Source: Deltaproteobacteria bacterium (GTDB lineage: Bacteria > Myxococcota_A > UBA9042 > PHBI01). Taken from it: DNA of 64,000 bases. The position numbers were made by a program, and so were the translations under genes. The DNA lies in the NCBI GenBank assembly GCA_011526585.1, contig WYBB01000082.1, positions 21,294 through 85,293 of the forward strand, written 5' to 3'. Shown piece after piece: positions 8,787 through 18,510 of the stretch; position 1 is the stretch's first letter, and every line of letters begins with the position of its first letter. The notes beneath the pieces are model-generated. The model did no database searches, was not told the DNA's origin, and saw nothing but the letters and a program-made list of their open reading frames with translations.

Positions 8787-10144
8787 CCGTCTCGATCGAG
8801 ACCCAGGCGCCGCCCCCGCCCGTCGCCCCGCCGCGCCCGGCCAACCCGGTGACGCAGCACGACTTCCTGCTGCGCCACAAGCACGGCAAGGACTACCGTC
8901 AGCTCGACGTCTACCGCGCGGCCGGCGGCTACAAGGCGGTCAAGAAGGCGCTCACGCTGGGGCCCGACGCCGTGCTCGCCGAGATGAAGAAGGCGAGTGT
9001 GCGCGGCCGCGGCGGCGCCGGCTTCCCCGCCGGCATCAAGTGGGGCTTCGTGCCCAAGGACACGAGCAAGCCGAAGTACCTCGTCGTCAACGCCGACGAG
9101 GGCGAGCCGGGCACCTTCAAGGACAACTACTTCCTCTCCGAGGACCCGCACCGCCTGATCGAGGGCTGCATCATCTGCATGCTCACGCTCGGGATCGGCA
9201 CCTGCTACATCTACATCCGCGGCGAGTTCTTCAAGCAGATCGCCACCACCGACGCCGCCATTCAGCAGTGCTACGCCGCGGGGATCCTCGGCGACAACGC
9301 CTCGGGCAGCGGGCGCCGCCTCGACATCCACGTGCACACCGGCGCCGGCGCCTACATCTGCGGCGAGGAGACGGCGCTGCTCGAGTCGCTCGAGGGCAAG
9401 CCCGGCCAGCCGCGCCTCAAGCCCCCCTTCCCCGCCGTCGTCGGCGCCTTCGGCTGCCCGACCGTCATCAACAACGTCGAGACCCTCGCCACCGTGCCGC
9501 TCATCATCGAGCACGGCGCCGACTGGTTCCTCGGCCTGGGGGTCGAGCGCGACGGCGGCAGCCGCATCGTCGGGATCTCCGGCCACGTCAAGCGCCCCGG
9601 CCTCTACGAGGTCGGCGTCGGCGTGACGCTCTACGACATGATCTACGGCCCCGGCGGCGGCGTGCTCGAGGACCGCGCGATCAAGGCGGTGATCCCCGGC
9701 GGCTCGTCGTGTCCGGTGCTCACCGCCGACGAGCTCGACGTGCCGATGACCGTCGATGGCATGGCCAAGGCCGGCTCGATGCTCGGCACCTGCGGCATCA
9801 TCGTCATCGCCGAAGGCACCTGCCTCGTGAAGTGCCTGCAGCGCATCAGCCACTTCTACGCGCACGAGAGCTGCGGCCAGTGCACGCCGTGCCGCGAAGG
9901 CACCGGCTGGCTCGCCCGCATCCTCGACGACCTCGAGGCCGGCCGCGCCCAGCAGGCCGACCTCGACGTGCTGCTCGACGTCGCCGACCAGATCTTCGGC
10001 AACACGATCTGCGCGCTCGGCGACGCCGCCGCGCTCCCGGTGCAGAGCTTCGTCAGGAAGTTCCGCGCCGAGTTCGAGGCCCACGTCACCCACCGGGGCT
10101 GCCCCCACGACCGCATCCCACTCCCCCGCGCCACGCGCGTCTGA
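8783..10144 (+). CDS. nuoF: NADH-quinone oxidoreductase subunit F
   Basis: GRGGAGFPAGIKWGF (FMN/NADH site) and ESCGQCTPCREG (N3 cluster). ATGA overlap with the nuoE stop. The upstream part of the ORF is a shadow frame. Confidence 0.93.
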   Translation: MTVSIETQAPPPPVAPPRPANPVTQHDFLLRHKHGKDYRQLDVYRAAGGYKAVKKALTLGPDAVLAEMKKASVRGRGGAGFPAGIKWGFVPKDTSKPKYLVVNADEGEPGTFKDNYFLSEDPHRLIEGCIICMLTLGIGTCYIYIRGEFFKQIATTDAAIQQCYAAGILGDNASGSGRRLDIHVHTGAGAYICGEETALLESLEGKPGQPRLKPPFPAVVGAFGCPTVINNVETLATVPLIIEHGADWFLGLGVERDGGSRIVGISGHVKRPGLYEVGVGVTLYDMIYGPGGGVLEDRAIKAVIPGGSSCPVLTADELDVPMTVDGMAKAGSMLGTCGIIVIAEGTCLVKCLQRISHFYAHESCGQCTPCREGTGWLARILDDLEAGRAQQADLDVLLDVADQIFGNTICALGDAAALPVQSFVRKFRAEFEAHVTHRGCPHDRIPLPRATRV

Positions 10145-10159
10145 CCGAGGACCGCCGTC

Positions 10160-10672
10160 ATGGGCTTCGAACAGATCATCTTCTGGCTGCTGGCGATCGG
10201 CACCATCGTCACGAGCGCCCTCGTCGTCCTGCCGCCAGGCGGCAAGAACCCGCTCTACGGCGCGCTGCTCCTCATCGTCAGCTTCTTCTTCATCTCGGGC
10301 CTCTACGTGCTGCTCTTCGCGCACACGATGGCCATCCTCCAGATCCTGGTCTACGCCGGCGCCATCATGGTGCTCTTCACCTTCGTCATCATGCTCCTCA
10401 ACCTGTCGAAGAAGGAGCTCGGTGACGAGACCAAGACCCTCGCCAAGGGCTTGGGCATCGTGGCGGTGGTCGCCTTCGGCACCAAGATGGTCGTCATGCT
10501 CGAGGGCCAGGCGCTCAACATCCAGCCCCAGCCCCTGCCCGAGGGCTTCGGCGGCGTCGACGCGCTGGCCGACCTCCTCTTCCACAACTACCTCGTGCCG
10601 TTCGAGCTCACCGGCATCCTCCTGCTGGTCGCGGTCATCGGCGCGGTCGTGCTCGCCAAGAGGACCCTCTGA
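10160..10672 (+). CDS. nuoJ: NADH-quinone oxidoreductase subunit J
   Basis: 170-aa hydrophobic protein with QILVYAGAIMVLFTFVIMLL. Confidence 0.85.
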   Translation: MGFEQIIFWLLAIGTIVTSALVVLPPGGKNPLYGALLLIVSFFFISGLYVLLFAHTMAILQILVYAGAIMVLFTFVIMLLNLSKKELGDETKTLAKGLGIVAVVAFGTKMVVMLEGQALNIQPQPLPEGFGGVDALADLLFHNYLVPFELTGILLLVAVIGAVVLAKRTL

Positions 10673-10986
10673 TGGAGCCGCATCCGATCCCGCTGCACTG
10701 GTTCCTCATCGTCGCGGTCGCGCTCTTCGCCGTCGGCTCGGCCGGCGTGCTCGCGCGCCGCAACGCGCTGACCGTGCTCATGAGCGTCGAGATCATGCTC
10801 AACGCCGTCAACCTCGCCTTCCTCGCCTTCGCGCGCGAGTGGGGCAACATGCACGGCCACGTCGTCACCTTCTTCGTCATCGCCGTCGCCGCCGCCGAGG
10901 CCGCCATCGGGCTCGCGCTGGTCCTCGGCATCTTCCGCCACAAGAAGTCCGTCAACCTCGACGAGATGAACGCGCTCAGGAACTGA
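10672..10986 (+). CDS. nuoK: NADH-quinone oxidoreductase subunit K
   Basis: 104 aa with LMSVEIMLNAVNLAFLAF. TGATG overlap with nuoJ. Confidence 0.88.
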   Translation: MEPHPIPLHWFLIVAVALFAVGSAGVLARRNALTVLMSVEIMLNAVNLAFLAFAREWGNMHGHVVTFFVIAVAAAEAAIGLALVLGIFRHKKSVNLDEMNALRN

Positions 10987-11038
10987 GCGGCGCGCTCGCC
11001 GGTCCGCTCCGAAGACTCCCGAGACAAAGAGGCCGACC

Positions 11039-13108
11039 TTGTTCCTCGCGTCCGAAACCGCCCACGCCACAACGATCGTAGAGGGCCTCGCCGGCCCGAC
11101 GATCGGCCAGGCGCACCCGGCCGACTTCCTCGCCTGGGTGATCCTCCTGCCGCTCATCGGCGCCTTCATCAACGGCGTCTTCGGCAAGAAGCTCTCGCAG
11201 ACGACCGTCACCACCATCGGCGTCGGCTCGGTCTTCCTCGCCTTCGTCTTCGCCGCGATCGAGGTCTTCCGCCTGGTCGGCCTGCCCGACGGCGACTACC
11301 TCGTCCTGCACGGCTGGACCTGGTTCGACTCCGGCGAGATCAACGTCGCCTTCGAGTTCATGCTCGACCACCTCTCCGCGGTGATGGTGCTCATCGTCAC
11401 CGGCGTCGGCACGCTGATCCACGTCTTCTCGACCGGCTACATGCGCGAGGACGAGGGCTACTGGAAGTTCTTCAGCTACCTGAATCTCTTCATGTTCTCG
11501 ATGCTCTTGCTGATCCTCGGCAAGAACCTCGTCGTGCTCTTCGTCGGCTGGGAGGGCGTCGGCCTCTGCAGCTACCTCCTCATCGGCTTCTGGTACAAGG
11601 ACATGGAGAAGGCCGAGGCCGGCCAGAAGGCCTTCGTCGCCAACCGCGTCGGCGACCTCGCCTTCCTCATCGCGACCTTCATCCTGCTCTTCTACACCCA
11701 CGGCTCGACCGACTTCGTCAGCGAGGGCGGCATCCAGTCGGCTATCACCCACCTGCAGGGCATCGCGCCCGCGGTCGGCGAGGCCGGCGCGGCGGCCGCC
11801 GCCTCGGGCGGTGGCGAGATGACGCTGCTCGTCATCTGCGTGCTCTATTTCGTCGCCGCCTGCGGCAAGTCCGCGCAGATCCCGCTCTACGTCTGGCTCC
11901 CCGACGCGATGGCCGGCCCGACCCCGGTCTCGGCCCTCATCCACGCCGCGACGATGGTCACCGCCGGCGTCTACATGATGGCGCGCATGAACCCGCTCTT
12001 CGCCGCCAGCCCGACGGCGATGACGATCATCGCCACCGTCGGCGGCCTGACGGCGCTCTTCGCCGCGACGATCGCGCTCGTGCAGAACGACATCAAGAAG
12101 GTGCTCGCCTACTCCACCGTGTCGCAGATCGGCTTCATGGTCCTGGCGGTCGGCGTCGGCAACTTCACCGGCGCGATCTTCCACCTGATGACCCACGCCT
12201 TCTTCAAGGCCTGCCTCTTCCTCGGCTCCGGCTCGGTGATCCACGCCATGCATCACGAGCAGGACATCCGCCAGATGGGTGGGCTCAGAAAGAAGCTGCC
12301 GATCACCAACATCACCTTCTTCGTGAGCTGCCTCGCCATCGCCGGCATCCCGTTCTTCTCGGGCTTCTTCTCGAAGGACGAGATCCTCTTCAACGCGCTC
12401 ACCAACCAGATCGCCGGGGGCGGCCCCAACCTCGTCGCCGGGATCATGGGCATGCTGGCCGCGGCCTGCACCGCCTTCTACATGTTCCGGCTCTACTACC
12501 TCACCTTCGGCGGCACCTACCGCGGCGACCCGCACGTCTACGACCACGCCCACGAGGAGGTCTCGATGACCTTCCCGCTGGTCGTGCTGGGCGTGCTGGC
12601 CGCGCTCGGCGGCTTCGTCGGGATCCCGCACCTCATCCCCGACGCGCACCTGCTCGAGGCGTGGCTCGCCCCGAACTTCGCCTGGCTCTCCGATGCCGCG
12701 GGCGGCCCCATCCACTACAGTCACGACAAGATCGCCGAGGTGATCGTCATCGTGCTCTCGGTCGCCATCGGCGTCGCCGGCATGCTCATCGCCAAGGTCA
12801 AGTACGACCAGCCCGCCGAGCGCCTGCCGGTCGCCCCGGTCGGCGCCGCCTGGCACCGCATCCTGACCAACAAGTACTACGTCGACGAGTTCTACGACGC
12901 CGTCTTCGTTCGCCCGCTGCGCGCGCTCGCCCGCTTCTCGTACAAGGTCATCGACGTCGGACTCATCGACGGGATCTTCGTGCGCGGCTCGGCGATCGCG
13001 CTGGGCTTCATCGGCGACGGCCTGCGCAAGCTGCAGAACGGCGACGTGCAGGCCTACGTGACCGTGCTCGTCGTCGGGCTGACCACCGCCCTCCTCTTCG
13101 CCGCCTGA
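11039..13108 (+). CDS. nuoL: NADH-quinone oxidoreductase subunit L
   Basis: 689-aa antiporter-like subunit (WEGVGLCSYLLIGFWY, SALIHAATMVTAGVY). TTG start 6 nt after AAAGAGG. Confidence 0.9.
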   Translation: MFLASETAHATTIVEGLAGPTIGQAHPADFLAWVILLPLIGAFINGVFGKKLSQTTVTTIGVGSVFLAFVFAAIEVFRLVGLPDGDYLVLHGWTWFDSGEINVAFEFMLDHLSAVMVLIVTGVGTLIHVFSTGYMREDEGYWKFFSYLNLFMFSMLLLILGKNLVVLFVGWEGVGLCSYLLIGFWYKDMEKAEAGQKAFVANRVGDLAFLIATFILLFYTHGSTDFVSEGGIQSAITHLQGIAPAVGEAGAAAAASGGGEMTLLVICVLYFVAACGKSAQIPLYVWLPDAMAGPTPVSALIHAATMVTAGVYMMARMNPLFAASPTAMTIIATVGGLTALFAATIALVQNDIKKVLAYSTVSQIGFMVLAVGVGNFTGAIFHLMTHAFFKACLFLGSGSVIHAMHHEQDIRQMGGLRKKLPITNITFFVSCLAIAGIPFFSGFFSKDEILFNALTNQIAGGGPNLVAGIMGMLAAACTAFYMFRLYYLTFGGTYRGDPHVYDHAHEEVSMTFPLVVLGVLAALGGFVGIPHLIPDAHLLEAWLAPNFAWLSDAAGGPIHYSHDKIAEVIVIVLSVAIGVAGMLIAKVKYDQPAERLPVAPVGAAWHRILTNKYYVDEFYDAVFVRPLRALARFSYKVIDVGLIDGIFVRGSAIALGFIGDGLRKLQNGDVQAYVTVLVVGLTTALLFAA

Positions 13109-13129
13109 CCCCCGAAGGAGACCTCGCAG

Positions 13130-14773
13130 ATGTCGGAACTCGTCCAGGGCGCGGCTGAGATCACCTCGAGCGGCTCGGTGCTCCTGCCGCTGCTCATCGC
13201 CATGCCGGTGCTCGGCGCGATCCTGCTCGCCTTCGTCCCGAAGGAGCAGGAGGGGGCGCACCGCGGCATCGGCGTCACCTTCTCGCTCATCACCTTCTTC
13301 ATCTCGCTGCCGCTCTTGACGGGCTTCGACCCGAGCGCGCCCGGCTTCCAGGCCGAGTGGGGTTTCTCGAAGGAGTGGATCTCCGCCATCGGCGCCAGCT
13401 TCACCCTGCAGATCGACGGGATCTCGCTGTGGATCGTGCTGCTGACGACGTTCCTGACGCCGCTCATCCTGCTCGGCGCCAGGCGCGCCGTCTCCGAGCG
13501 CGTGCGCGAGTTCGTCATCGCCATGCTCGTCCTCGAGACCGCGATGATCGGCGCCCTGGTCGCGACCGACCTCCTGCTCTTCTACCTCTTCTGGGAGATG
13601 ATGCTCATCCCGATGTACCTGCTCATCGGGATCTGGGGCGGACAGAACCGCCACTACGCGACGATCAAGTTCGTCATCTACACCGTGGTCGGCTCGCTGC
13701 TCATGCTGGTCGGCATCGTCTACCTCTACGTGCAGGCGGGCAGCTTCGCCTACGCCGACATCCTGGCGATCGAGCTCGGCGCCAGCGAGCAGACGTGGCT
13801 CTTCCTCGCGTTCGCGCTCGCCTTCCTCATCAAGGTGCCGCTCTTCCCGTTCCACACCTGGCTGCCCGACGCGCACACCGAGGCGCCGACCGCCGGCTCG
13901 GTCATCCTGGCGGGCGTGCTCCTCAAGATGGGCACCTACGGCCTCCTGCGCTTCGCCATCCCGCTCTTCCCCGAGGCGATGGGCACGTTCTCGCCGGCCA
14001 TCCTCGTGCTCTCGACGATCGGCATCGTCTACGGCGCGCTGGTCGCCTTCGCGCAGGGCGACGTCAAGAAGCTCGTCGCCTACTCGTCGGTCTCCCACCT
14101 CGGCTTCGTGATGCTCGGCATCGTCGCGCTCAACCAGCAGGCCGTCGAGGGCGCCATCCTGCAGATGGTCAACCACGGCATCTCGACCGGCGCGCTCTTC
14201 ATCCTGGTCGGCATGGTCTACGAGCGCACCCACACCCGCGCCATCACCGACTACGGCGGCATCGCCTCGAAGATGCCCGTCTTCACGACGTTCTTCATCA
14301 TCGTCACGATGAGCTCGATCGGCCTGCCCGGCACCAACGGCTTCGCCGGCGAGTTCCTGATCCTGTCGGGCGCCTTCCTCGAGTCGCTGCCGTTCATGCC
14401 CTTCGACGGCTGGAACGGGCTGGCGGTCATCTGCGCGACCGTCGCGACGACCGGCGTGCTGCTCGGCGCGATCTACATGCTCTCGATGGTGCGGCGCGTC
14501 TTCTTCGGCCCGCTCACCAACCCGCACAACGAAGAGCTCGAGGACCTCTCGGCGCGCGAGGTCTCCCTGCTCGTGCCGCTGGTCGCCCTCATCTTCGCGA
14601 TCGGCTTCTTCCCCAAGACCTTCACCGAGCCGATGAGCGCGTCGGTCCAGACGGTGGTGCACGAGTACGGTAGCCGCGTCGAGGCGGTGCGCGATCCGCG
14701 CGCGCAGAGGCCCGATCGGCAGCGCGTCGGCCAGATCGCGGTGCCGCTCGACCCGACGAGCGAGGAGAACTGA
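13130..14773 (+). CDS. nuoM: NADH-quinone oxidoreductase subunit M
   Basis: 547 aa with FYLFWEMMLIPMYLLIGIWGG and HTWLPDAHTEAPTAGSV. Confidence 0.9.
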   Translation: MSELVQGAAEITSSGSVLLPLLIAMPVLGAILLAFVPKEQEGAHRGIGVTFSLITFFISLPLLTGFDPSAPGFQAEWGFSKEWISAIGASFTLQIDGISLWIVLLTTFLTPLILLGARRAVSERVREFVIAMLVLETAMIGALVATDLLLFYLFWEMMLIPMYLLIGIWGGQNRHYATIKFVIYTVVGSLLMLVGIVYLYVQAGSFAYADILAIELGASEQTWLFLAFALAFLIKVPLFPFHTWLPDAHTEAPTAGSVILAGVLLKMGTYGLLRFAIPLFPEAMGTFSPAILVLSTIGIVYGALVAFAQGDVKKLVAYSSVSHLGFVMLGIVALNQQAVEGAILQMVNHGISTGALFILVGMVYERTHTRAITDYGGIASKMPVFTTFFIIVTMSSIGLPGTNGFAGEFLILSGAFLESLPFMPFDGWNGLAVICATVATTGVLLGAIYMLSMVRRVFFGPLTNPHNEELEDLSAREVSLLVPLVALIFAIGFFPKTFTEPMSASVQTVVHEYGSRVEAVRDPRAQRPDRQRVGQIAVPLDPTSEEN

Positions 14774-14778
14774 GCGCC

Positions 14779-16338
14779 ATGTGGCATGACCTCTTCCTGG
14801 TTTCGCCGATCCTCATCGTGATCGTCGTCGGGCTCATCGCGCTCATCGCGGGTGCGTTCGCCCCGGCCGACAGCCAGAAGGGCTGGCTCGGCTACGTCAC
14901 GACCTTCGGCTACACCGTCGCGTTGGCGGCGGCGCTCTTCCTCTACGGGCGCGACGCCAGCGGCCTCTCCTTCGAGAGCGGCTCGTTCCAGGCGGCGCTG
15001 GTGCTCGACCACTTCGGGCTCGGGCTCTCGATCGTGATCCTGCTCGGCGCGGCGCTGATGTCGCTCTCGGCGGTGCACTACCTGCCCGAGCAGAAAGCCG
15101 ACCACGGCGAGTTCTACGCGCTCGTCGCCTTCGCCACCGCCGGCATGATGGCGCTGGTCATGGCCAACGACCTCCTGACCTTCTTCGTCGCGCTCGAGCT
15201 CATGTCGCTCGCGGTCTACGTGCTCGCCGGCTTCAAGCGCCAGTCGAAGTTCTCGACCGAGTCGGCCATGAAGTACTTCGTGCTCGGCTCGTTCGCCTCG
15301 GGCCTCCTGTTGATGGGGATCGCCTTCGCCTATGGCGCGACCGGGCAGGTCTCCATGCCGGGGATCGCCGAGGCGATCGCCGGCGGCGCGCTCGACAAGG
15401 TGCCCGAGCTGGTGCGCTTCTCGCTCATCCTCATCGTCGCCGCCTTCTTCTTCAAGGTCGCGGCCGCGCCGTTCCACATGTGGACGCCCGACGTCTACGA
15501 GGGCGCGCCCTCGACCGCGTCCGGCTTCATGGCGATCGCCGTCAAGACCGCCGCCTTCGGCGGTTTCGCGCGCCTCATGCTCACCGCCTTCGGCGAGCCC
15601 GAGCTCCGGGTGGAAGGCCTCGGCTGGGAGCTGCTCGTCGCCATCGGCGCGGTGGCCTCGATGTTCGTCGGCAACCTGATGGCGCTGGCGCAGAAGAACC
15701 TCAAGCGCATGCTCGCCTACTCGGCGATCGCGCACACCGGCTACCTGATGGTCGCGCTGCTGGTCGTGCCCAAGGACGCGGGCGTCGGCGTCGCGGCGCT
15801 CGGCGCGGGCCTGGTCTTCTACCTGCTCGCCTACACCCTGGCCAACGCAGCGGCCTTCGGCGTCGCGGCGGCGGTCTCGGGCGCAGACACCGAGGACGTC
15901 GGCGAGGCGAGCTACGCCGGCCTCGCCAAGCGCAGCCCCGGCCACGCCCTGGTCCTGGCGATCGCGATGCTGAGCCTGCTCGGGATCCCGCTCACCGCCG
16001 GCTTCATGGGCAAGCTGACGATCTTCGAGGAGGTGCTCACGGCGCGCGACAACGACTACCTCTGGCTGGTCGTGGTCGCGGTGATCAACTCGGTGATCTC
16101 CGCGTGGTACTACCTGCGGGTGATCCTCGTCGCCTACATGCACGAGGAGAAGCCCGAGCGCCCGATCCGCCTCATCGCGAGCCGGCCGCTGGCCGCGGCC
16201 CTGGGGATCGCCGCGCTCCTGACCATCGCGGTCGGCGTCCTGCCGACGCGCGCGCTCGACTTCTCCAAGACCGCCGGCCAGAGCCTCGCCAAGCGCTCGG
16301 GCGCCCAGGTCACCGAGGTCCAGCGCGCCGAGCCGTGA
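14779..16338 (+). CDS. nuoN: NADH-quinone oxidoreductase subunit N
   Basis: 519 aa with FKVAAAPFHMWTPDVYEGAPS. Confidence 0.9.
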   Translation: MWHDLFLVSPILIVIVVGLIALIAGAFAPADSQKGWLGYVTTFGYTVALAAALFLYGRDASGLSFESGSFQAALVLDHFGLGLSIVILLGAALMSLSAVHYLPEQKADHGEFYALVAFATAGMMALVMANDLLTFFVALELMSLAVYVLAGFKRQSKFSTESAMKYFVLGSFASGLLLMGIAFAYGATGQVSMPGIAEAIAGGALDKVPELVRFSLILIVAAFFFKVAAAPFHMWTPDVYEGAPSTASGFMAIAVKTAAFGGFARLMLTAFGEPELRVEGLGWELLVAIGAVASMFVGNLMALAQKNLKRMLAYSAIAHTGYLMVALLVVPKDAGVGVAALGAGLVFYLLAYTLANAAAFGVAAAVSGADTEDVGEASYAGLAKRSPGHALVLAIAMLSLLGIPLTAGFMGKLTIFEEVLTARDNDYLWLVVVAVINSVISAWYYLRVILVAYMHEEKPERPIRLIASRPLAAALGIAALLTIAVGVLPTRALDFSKTAGQSLAKRSGAQVTEVQRAEP

Positions 16339-16366
16339 AGGCGCTGACCGGCGTCGACGCACCTGA

Positions 16367-17140
16367 CTACCACTCGTCCGAGAGCAACGCGCGGATGTGC
16401 GCCTCTTCCCAGGCGAGCGCGTCGGCGTAACGCGGGTGTCGCGCCTCGAGCTCGCGGAAGGCGGGCGGGTGCAGCTCGCGCCGGTCGCCGCTCGGGCTCA
16501 TGCGGATCCCGAGCGCGTGGTGCAAGAGCTCGTGGAAGATCACGAAGGCGACGAACCAGCCCGGTACGCGCGGGTCGTCCAGGCGCGGGTGGATGCGCAC
16601 GAGCGGCCCCGACGGCTCGTAGGTGCCGAGGCGAATCGAGCGCAGCTGCCGGCGCCGACGTCCCTCGCGCCGGCCCCACGCGACGGGGATCGACGGCTCG
16701 CCCGGCAGGTGCAGCGCGCGCTCCTCATCGGCCAGCGCGGCGAGATCGTGATAACGCCCGCGGCTCCTCAGAGGCGGCTCCTTGCGCGAGCGCAAGCGCT
16801 TGGCGACGGGCACCAGCGAGGTCCCGGGCGGCGCGCTCGAGACGAGGCCGACCGCGCGCTCGTTGGGATCGGGCGGCAGCGCCTTGATCAGCGCCTGCAC
16901 GCGCTGCCCGGCATCCGGGGCGTCGGTGACGAAGTCGACGATCGCGCCGATCGCCTCCTCGCCCAACGCCGCGAAGCGCTCGGCGACGCGCACCTGGCGA
17001 TCGATGAGCCGCGGCCCGCGGAGCGAGCTCTTGGCGCGCGTCGAGAGCATCGTCGCGCGGTTCTGGGTGATGACGACCTCGGCCGCGATCCCGGCGGCGT
17101 CGAGCGCGGCGAGCAGCTGCTCACGAAACCCGGCTGACAT
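16367..17140 (-). CDS. DUF45/YgjP- or SprT-like zinc metallohydrolase (HExxH)
   Basis: C-terminal WFVAFVIFHELLHHALG...HPPAFRELEARHPRY. Internal ATG 17140 chosen; the upstream part of the ORF is Ser/Arg-rich shadow. Confidence 0.5.
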   Translation of the reverse strand: MSAGFREQLLAALDAAGIAAEVVITQNRATMLSTRAKSSLRGPRLIDRQVRVAERFAALGEEAIGAIVDFVTDAPDAGQRVQALIKALPPDPNERAVGLVSSAPPGTSLVPVAKRLRSRKEPPLRSRGRYHDLAALADEERALHLPGEPSIPVAWGRREGRRRRQLRSIRLGTYEPSGPLVRIHPRLDDPRVPGWFVAFVIFHELLHHALGIRMSPSGDRRELHPPAFRELEARHPRYADALAWEEAHIRALLSDEW

Positions 17141-17789
17141 CGGGGTCCCCGGGCGGCGGAGGGGGCGTTCGGCGGGCGAAGCGCGCGAGCACGAGCCAGT
17201 GCGAGAGCAGCCAGACGCCGACCAGGATGAGCATGACGACCGGCGCCCAGAGCGCGCCGGCGCGCTCGCGCAGGGCGACCTCGGGGCCGACGAGGCCGCC
17301 GGGGCGTGGGCGCGCCGAGAGCACGTCGAGGCGCGCCGGCACGAGGTCGACCAGGATCCAGGCGAAGAAGGCGACGAGCGCGAGCCCACCCAGCGCCCAG
17401 ACGGCGCGCATGATGCGGAAGCCGCGCTGGTGTGCGCGCACATAGAGGAGCGCGAACGCGATGAGCACGACGTACATCGCCAGGTGCATGAACCAGTCGG
17501 AGAACCCCGCGACCACGGTCACGAGCACGCCGACCGCGGCGGTCAGCGCGAGCAGGCCGAGCCCCGCGATGAGGTAGCCGGACTGGATGCCGCGCAGGAA
17601 GCGGCCGAGGCTGCCGACGTCGGCGCTGACCGCGGAGCGCACCGGCGCGATGGCGGCGCGCACGTCGGAGACGACCTCGCCCGCGACGGTCTCGCGCTCG
17701 GGCTCGGGCTCGGGCGCTGACACGCTGGCGGGCGGGCCCTGGTCGGGCGCTGGCGGCGGCGCCGCGCCGGCTGGGGTCTCGGTGGCCAT
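17121..17789 (-). CDS. hypothetical integral membrane protein
   Basis: Four to five hydrophobic helices after a Pro/Ala-rich N-terminus. No family recognised. Confidence 0.45.
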   Translation of the reverse strand: MATETPAGAAPPPAPDQGPPASVSAPEPEPERETVAGEVVSDVRAAIAPVRSAVSADVGSLGRFLRGIQSGYLIAGLGLLALTAAVGVLVTVVAGFSDWFMHLAMYVVLIAFALLYVRAHQRGFRIMRAVWALGGLALVAFFAWILVDLVPARLDVLSARPRPGGLVGPEVALRERAGALWAPVVMLILVGVWLLSHWLVLARFARRTPPPPPGDPDVSRVS

Positions 17790-17944
17790 GGACGGGCATC
17801 GTGGGCACGCCTCGGCGGGGTGTCAATGTCCACGCCGGCGCCATGTATCTTGGCGCTTGACATGGTCGCGGCGATGCCGCAGTTTTCGCCCTCGCCGAGA
17901 CGGGCCGCTGGGCGCCTGCTCAGCTTCGCCTTTGTGCGAGGCGG

Positions 17945-18018
17945 GCGCCTGTAGCTCAGTTGGATAGAGCATCGGCCTTCTAAGCCGATGGTCAGAGGTT
18001 CGAGTCCTCTCAGGCGCG
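17945..18018 (+). tRNA. tRNA-Arg (anticodon TCT)
   Basis: Cloverleaf read by hand. Acceptor GCGCCTG/CAGGCGC, anticodon loop CTTCTAA, T loop GGTTCGAGTCC. Confidence 0.9.
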
Positions 18019-18031
18019 CTGAAAAGTCGAA

Positions 18032-18109
18032 GGTGATTGTAGCTCAGCTGGTTAGAGCGACGGTTTGTGGCACCGTAGGTCGGGGGTTCAAATCCCCTCA
18101 GTCACCCCA
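18032..18109 (+). tRNA. tRNA-His (anticodon GTG)
   Basis: Extra 5-prime G(-1), anticodon loop TTGTGGC, T loop GGTTCAAATCC, encoded CCA. Confidence 0.9.
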
Positions 18110-18124
18110 CCCAAAGCGACTCGT

Positions 18125-18198
18125 GCGCCCGTAGCTCAGCTGGATAGAGCAACGGACTTCGAATCCGTAGGCCGCAAGTTCGAATCTTGCCGGGCGCG
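18125..18198 (+). tRNA. tRNA-Arg (anticodon TCG)
   Basis: Acceptor GCGCCCG/CGGGCGC, anticodon loop CTTCGAA. Confidence 0.9.
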
Positions 18199-18362
18199 CA
18201 CCCCCTTCGTTCGTTCATGACGAGCGGCCAGGTGAAGGTGTCGGGCGCGCGCTTTTTCGCGTTGACACATCGAGGCGCAACGGGCAAAACGCCGAGCGCG
18301 CCGCGGACACGGCGCCACAGAGGCCGACGGCCTGCCAGCGGCAGGGCCCGAGGCGACCACGC

Positions 18363-18439
18363 GGGTGCGTAGCTCAATCTGGCAGAGCACCGGACTCTTA
18401 ATCCGTAGGTTGTAGGTTCGATTCCTACCGCACCCACCA
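18363..18439 (+). tRNA. tRNA-Lys (anticodon CTT)
   Basis: Acceptor GGGTGCG/CGCACCC, anticodon loop CTCTTAA, encoded CCA. Confidence 0.88.
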
Positions 18440-18441
18440 CG

Positions 18442-18475
18442 AAGGACAGGCCGCAGGGTCTGTCCTTTTCTGTTT
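18442..18475 (+). terminator. rho-independent terminator after tRNA-Lys
   Basis: AAGGACAG-loop-CTGTCCTT followed by TTTTCTGTTT. Confidence 0.6.
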
Positions 18476-18510
18476 GTGAGGTGGTGCCTAACAAGGGCAC
18501 CCCACCACGG

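Noticed and set aside
8531-10144. Long N-terminal extensions of several ORFs: 8531-8782 before nuoF, 38369-39325 before trpG, 40964-41755 before trpF, 332-2596 beyond 2344, 47448-48503, 51486-51950, 53058-53612, 59025-59273 and 60664-60726.
   Set aside because: The extensions are Arg/Pro/Ala-rich and overlap well-supported neighbouring genes. Each is followed by an internal ATG with an RBS or a stop-start overlap where the conserved protein sequence begins.
10976-16362. Very long minus-strand ORFs (1228 aa and 629 aa) antisense to nuoL-M-N. Similar cases are 22147-24600 opposite lon and 52390-55722 opposite the regulator gene.
   Set aside because: They have Arg/Asp/Glu/Gly/His-rich low-complexity translations and lie opposite genes with unambiguous conserved motifs. 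They are shadow frames.
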